A DNA stretch of 62,754 nt, the filler included, from Chrysochromulina tobinii (taxonomy: Eukaryota): NCBI GenBank assembly GCA_001275005.1. It is 8 parts of 8 records of this genome, joined end to end, with 100 filler letters (N's around TTAATTAATTAA, not from the genome) between each part and the next. Parts side by side here need not be neighbours in the genome. Positions count along the whole stretch, not along the records: positions 50,830 to 62,754 come from JWZX01001240.1; 7 more parts are not named here. One strand, written 5' to 3'. A model generated the notes under the pieces. That model was given only the letters and a program-made list of their open reading frames with translations. It was not told where the DNA came from and did not search any database. The stretch's first letter is position 1; every line of letters starts with the position of its first letter. Made by a program: the position numbers and the translations under genes. This document shows, one piece after another, positions 61,501 to 62,754 of the stretch.

Positions 61501-62733
61501 CCCACGCTGCTGCTCAACGGCGCCAGCGGCATTGGCACCGGATGGAGCACGCAGTGCTGGAGCTATCACCCACTTGAGCTGCTCGACAACGTGCTCGCGC
61601 TCGCGAACGGCCGGCCGATGGCACCGATGGTGCCGTGGGCGGCCGGCTTCCGCGGCGAGATTGTAGTCCAACCGCCCGCCAATGCGGGGGTAGGTGCGCG
61701 GATGGGTGCGGGGGTGAGTGCGGGGGTGGGTGCGGGGCATAAGGAGATGGCCGGCCTTCCCTCCACCTTTCTCTCGCGTGGCGTGGTGCGGCTTAGTGCG
61801 GACGGCCTCGAGATCACCGAGCTGCCGCTGGGCAGGTGGACGAGCGTGTACAAGAGCTGGCTACTCAAGCAGATGGCGGAGGGGAAGGCGCTGTGGACGG
61901 GCTTCAGCGAGCGCCATACTGAGCGCACCGTGTGCTTCGCGCTGCACCACACGCGCGATCAGCTCGCGCAGCTGGCGGCGGTGGAGGAGCAGGGGATGCT
62001 TGCGAGCCAGCTGCAGCTCGAGGCGAGCCACTCACTCAGCAACGCGCATGCATTCGACGCCCACGGCGAGCTCCGTCACTTCCGCTCGCCCCACGAGCTC
62101 ATCGAGATGCATGCCGAGGCGCGGCTGGCGGCGTACGCCAAGCGCAAGGCCCACGATTTAGCGCACCTCGCGGCGGAGCTCGAGCTTCTGGACGCGCGCG
62201 CTCGGTTTGTGGGGATGGCTGTGCGCGACGAGCTGCCCCTCTTGAGGGGCGCGCCCACACAGATGCTCCTCGACGCGCTGCGGTCGGCGGGCTTCAAGCC
62301 CGGTTTAGGCGCGACTTCCTTGGCTGACCTTCCTAATTTGGGAGCATTAGACGCGACTTCCTTGGCCGGTGGCAGCGGCGAGGGCGGCGGCGGTGGCGGC
62401 GAGGGCGGCGGCGAGGGTGGCGGCGAGGGCAACGTCGCGCCTACGAGCCGTGCGTATGATTACCTGCTGCGTCTGCCATTGCTCTCCCTCACCGAGGAGC
62501 GAGTGGCGAAGCTCGAGGGCGAGATCGAGCGCAAGCGTGCCCAGGCGACCGAGCTGCAGCACACGTCGGAGCTCGCGCTATGGTCTCGCGAGCTCGAGGC
62601 GCTGCGCATGCCGCTGCAGGCGCACCTCGAGGCGGTGGCCTCGCACGCGACGCCCGCTGCCGCCGAGAGCCGCGCTGACGCGAGTTCGCCCAAGAAGTCG
62701 ACGAGGGCACGCCGGCGGACAGGCAAGACCTGA
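58516..62733 (+). CDS. TOP2: DNA topoisomerase II (eukaryotic type IIA) with N-terminal transit-like peptide and SAP domain
   Basis: EHVLRRPGMYIGS, KIFDEILVNA, GGRHGFGAKL; TOPRIM TEGDSA, PLRGK, MADQDTDGSHIKG; YYKGLGTS, DGLKPSQRK; catalytic ASARYIFT. Confidence 0.97.
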   Translation: MSAIRRTTVATSATLSRSLPPLIARRFVSRTESKMTVSELKEVLGKLGLPTTGKKAELVARHAEALALAATGPEPAKRIHTAAPAVIASSSSADASKFERLTPVEHVLRRPGMYIGSTSVQIEPLWVHDAAEDRIVWRDAQYIPGLYKIFDEILVNALDNVQRDPAGTNRIDVAIEPRSGRTSVWNNGRGIPVRRHEIEGVWLPEMLLGSLFTGSNFDDEAKRTVGGRHGFGAKLTNLFSTAFEVQTADAAAGVLYTQRWAANMSERTEPTIEPLPATMRGADFTKIVFTPDLTKFGVHALPEDMLALFRRRVYDAAATAAPACVSLDGRTLQVSGLQQLAQLYTSGPHAFARVSERWHVGACLSPTGAFQALSFVNGVATPRAGTHVTHVCTPLLQALAPALSRALKLPAGEELTTARLKPHLMLFVDCKVDNPEFDSQSKEALTSHPSSFGGLCALPDAFIKRVAALEGLRAAVADAFERRATKELARRTGPATSLLEVPKLEDAELAGGPSASECTLIVTEGDSAKALAVAGLEVVGRERYGVFPLRGKPLNVREISARKVGDNEELTGLMRALGLTPGASYEHQVEALKALSSSISSISSISPAAEGGANAEGGASAEGGASASPMPSGKARARGTGLRYGRLMLMADQDTDGSHIKGLVISMLHHFWPELLRADFVQEFQTPLLKARRISDGQVLAFFSLPEYEAWHTQLSAPEQRHWRAKYYKGLGTSTAQEAREYFGALGSHRLQLEWASAADDDLIDMAFSKKRAADRREWMLHAARRMHAAANAAATPAQLVDSNEPPPPPPPPQPPPQQGVEPPSPPKAQQGRRAIGERRTYAAFVNEELVQFSLADVRRSLPSAIDGLKPSQRKVLYACFAKRLLPSAAEMKVAQLAGFCAEVTHYHHGEASMHATITNMAQGFVGSNNVPLLEACGQFGTRAAGGSDAASARYIFTRLTPLAPLLFPAADAPILKYCVEDGHSVEPIHYVPVLPTLLLNGASGIGTGWSTQCWSYHPLELLDNVLALANGRPMAPMVPWAAGFRGEIVVQPPANAGVGARMGAGVSAGVGAGHKEMAGLPSTFLSRGVVRLSADGLEITELPLGRWTSVYKSWLLKQMAEGKALWTGFSERHTERTVCFALHHTRDQLAQLAAVEEQGMLASQLQLEASHSLSNAHAFDAHGELRHFRSPHELIEMHAEARLAAYAKRKAHDLAHLAAELELLDARARFVGMAVRDELPLLRGAPTQMLLDALRSAGFKPGLGATSLADLPNLGALDATSLAGGSGEGGGGGGEGGGEGGGEGNVAPTSRAYDYLLRLPLLSLTEERVAKLEGEIERKRAQATELQHTSELALWSRELEALRMPLQAHLEAVASHATPAAAESRADASSPKKSTRARRRTGKT

Positions 62734-62754
62734 GCGCCGAGAGTCGTCAGTCGA

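Overview
This is GC-rich eukaryotic nuclear DNA, most likely from a haptophyte alga (Chrysochromulina/Prymnesiales-like; inferred from gene content and repeat style). The window is not one locus. It is eight contigs joined by 100-nt artificial spacers (N44-TTAATTAATTAA-N44), so no synteny can be inferred across the gaps. Recognisable genes are a gankyrin-like ankyrin protein, two BspA/TpLRR proteins (one with an F-box), RRP6/EXOSC10, tRNA-Leu(AAG), a large surface protein (GH43-like, Gal-lectin, IPT and SRCR domains), a VOC/glyoxalase, an Argonaute with an intact DEDH tetrad, a Cys-repeat receptor kinase, a NIPP1-like FHA protein and a SAP-domain topoisomerase II. There are two highlights. (1) A minus-strand 10-exon gene (F-box, beta-helix, SPRY, AP2, CCCH) has nine introns built from copies of their own splice junctions plus a few shared short motifs. 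The same signature recurs in two other contigs, suggesting an active duplication-based intron-gain process. (2) A DIRS-like retroelement ORF fuses a C5-cytosine methyltransferase to reverse transcriptase. All domain calls are by eye; no database searches were run.
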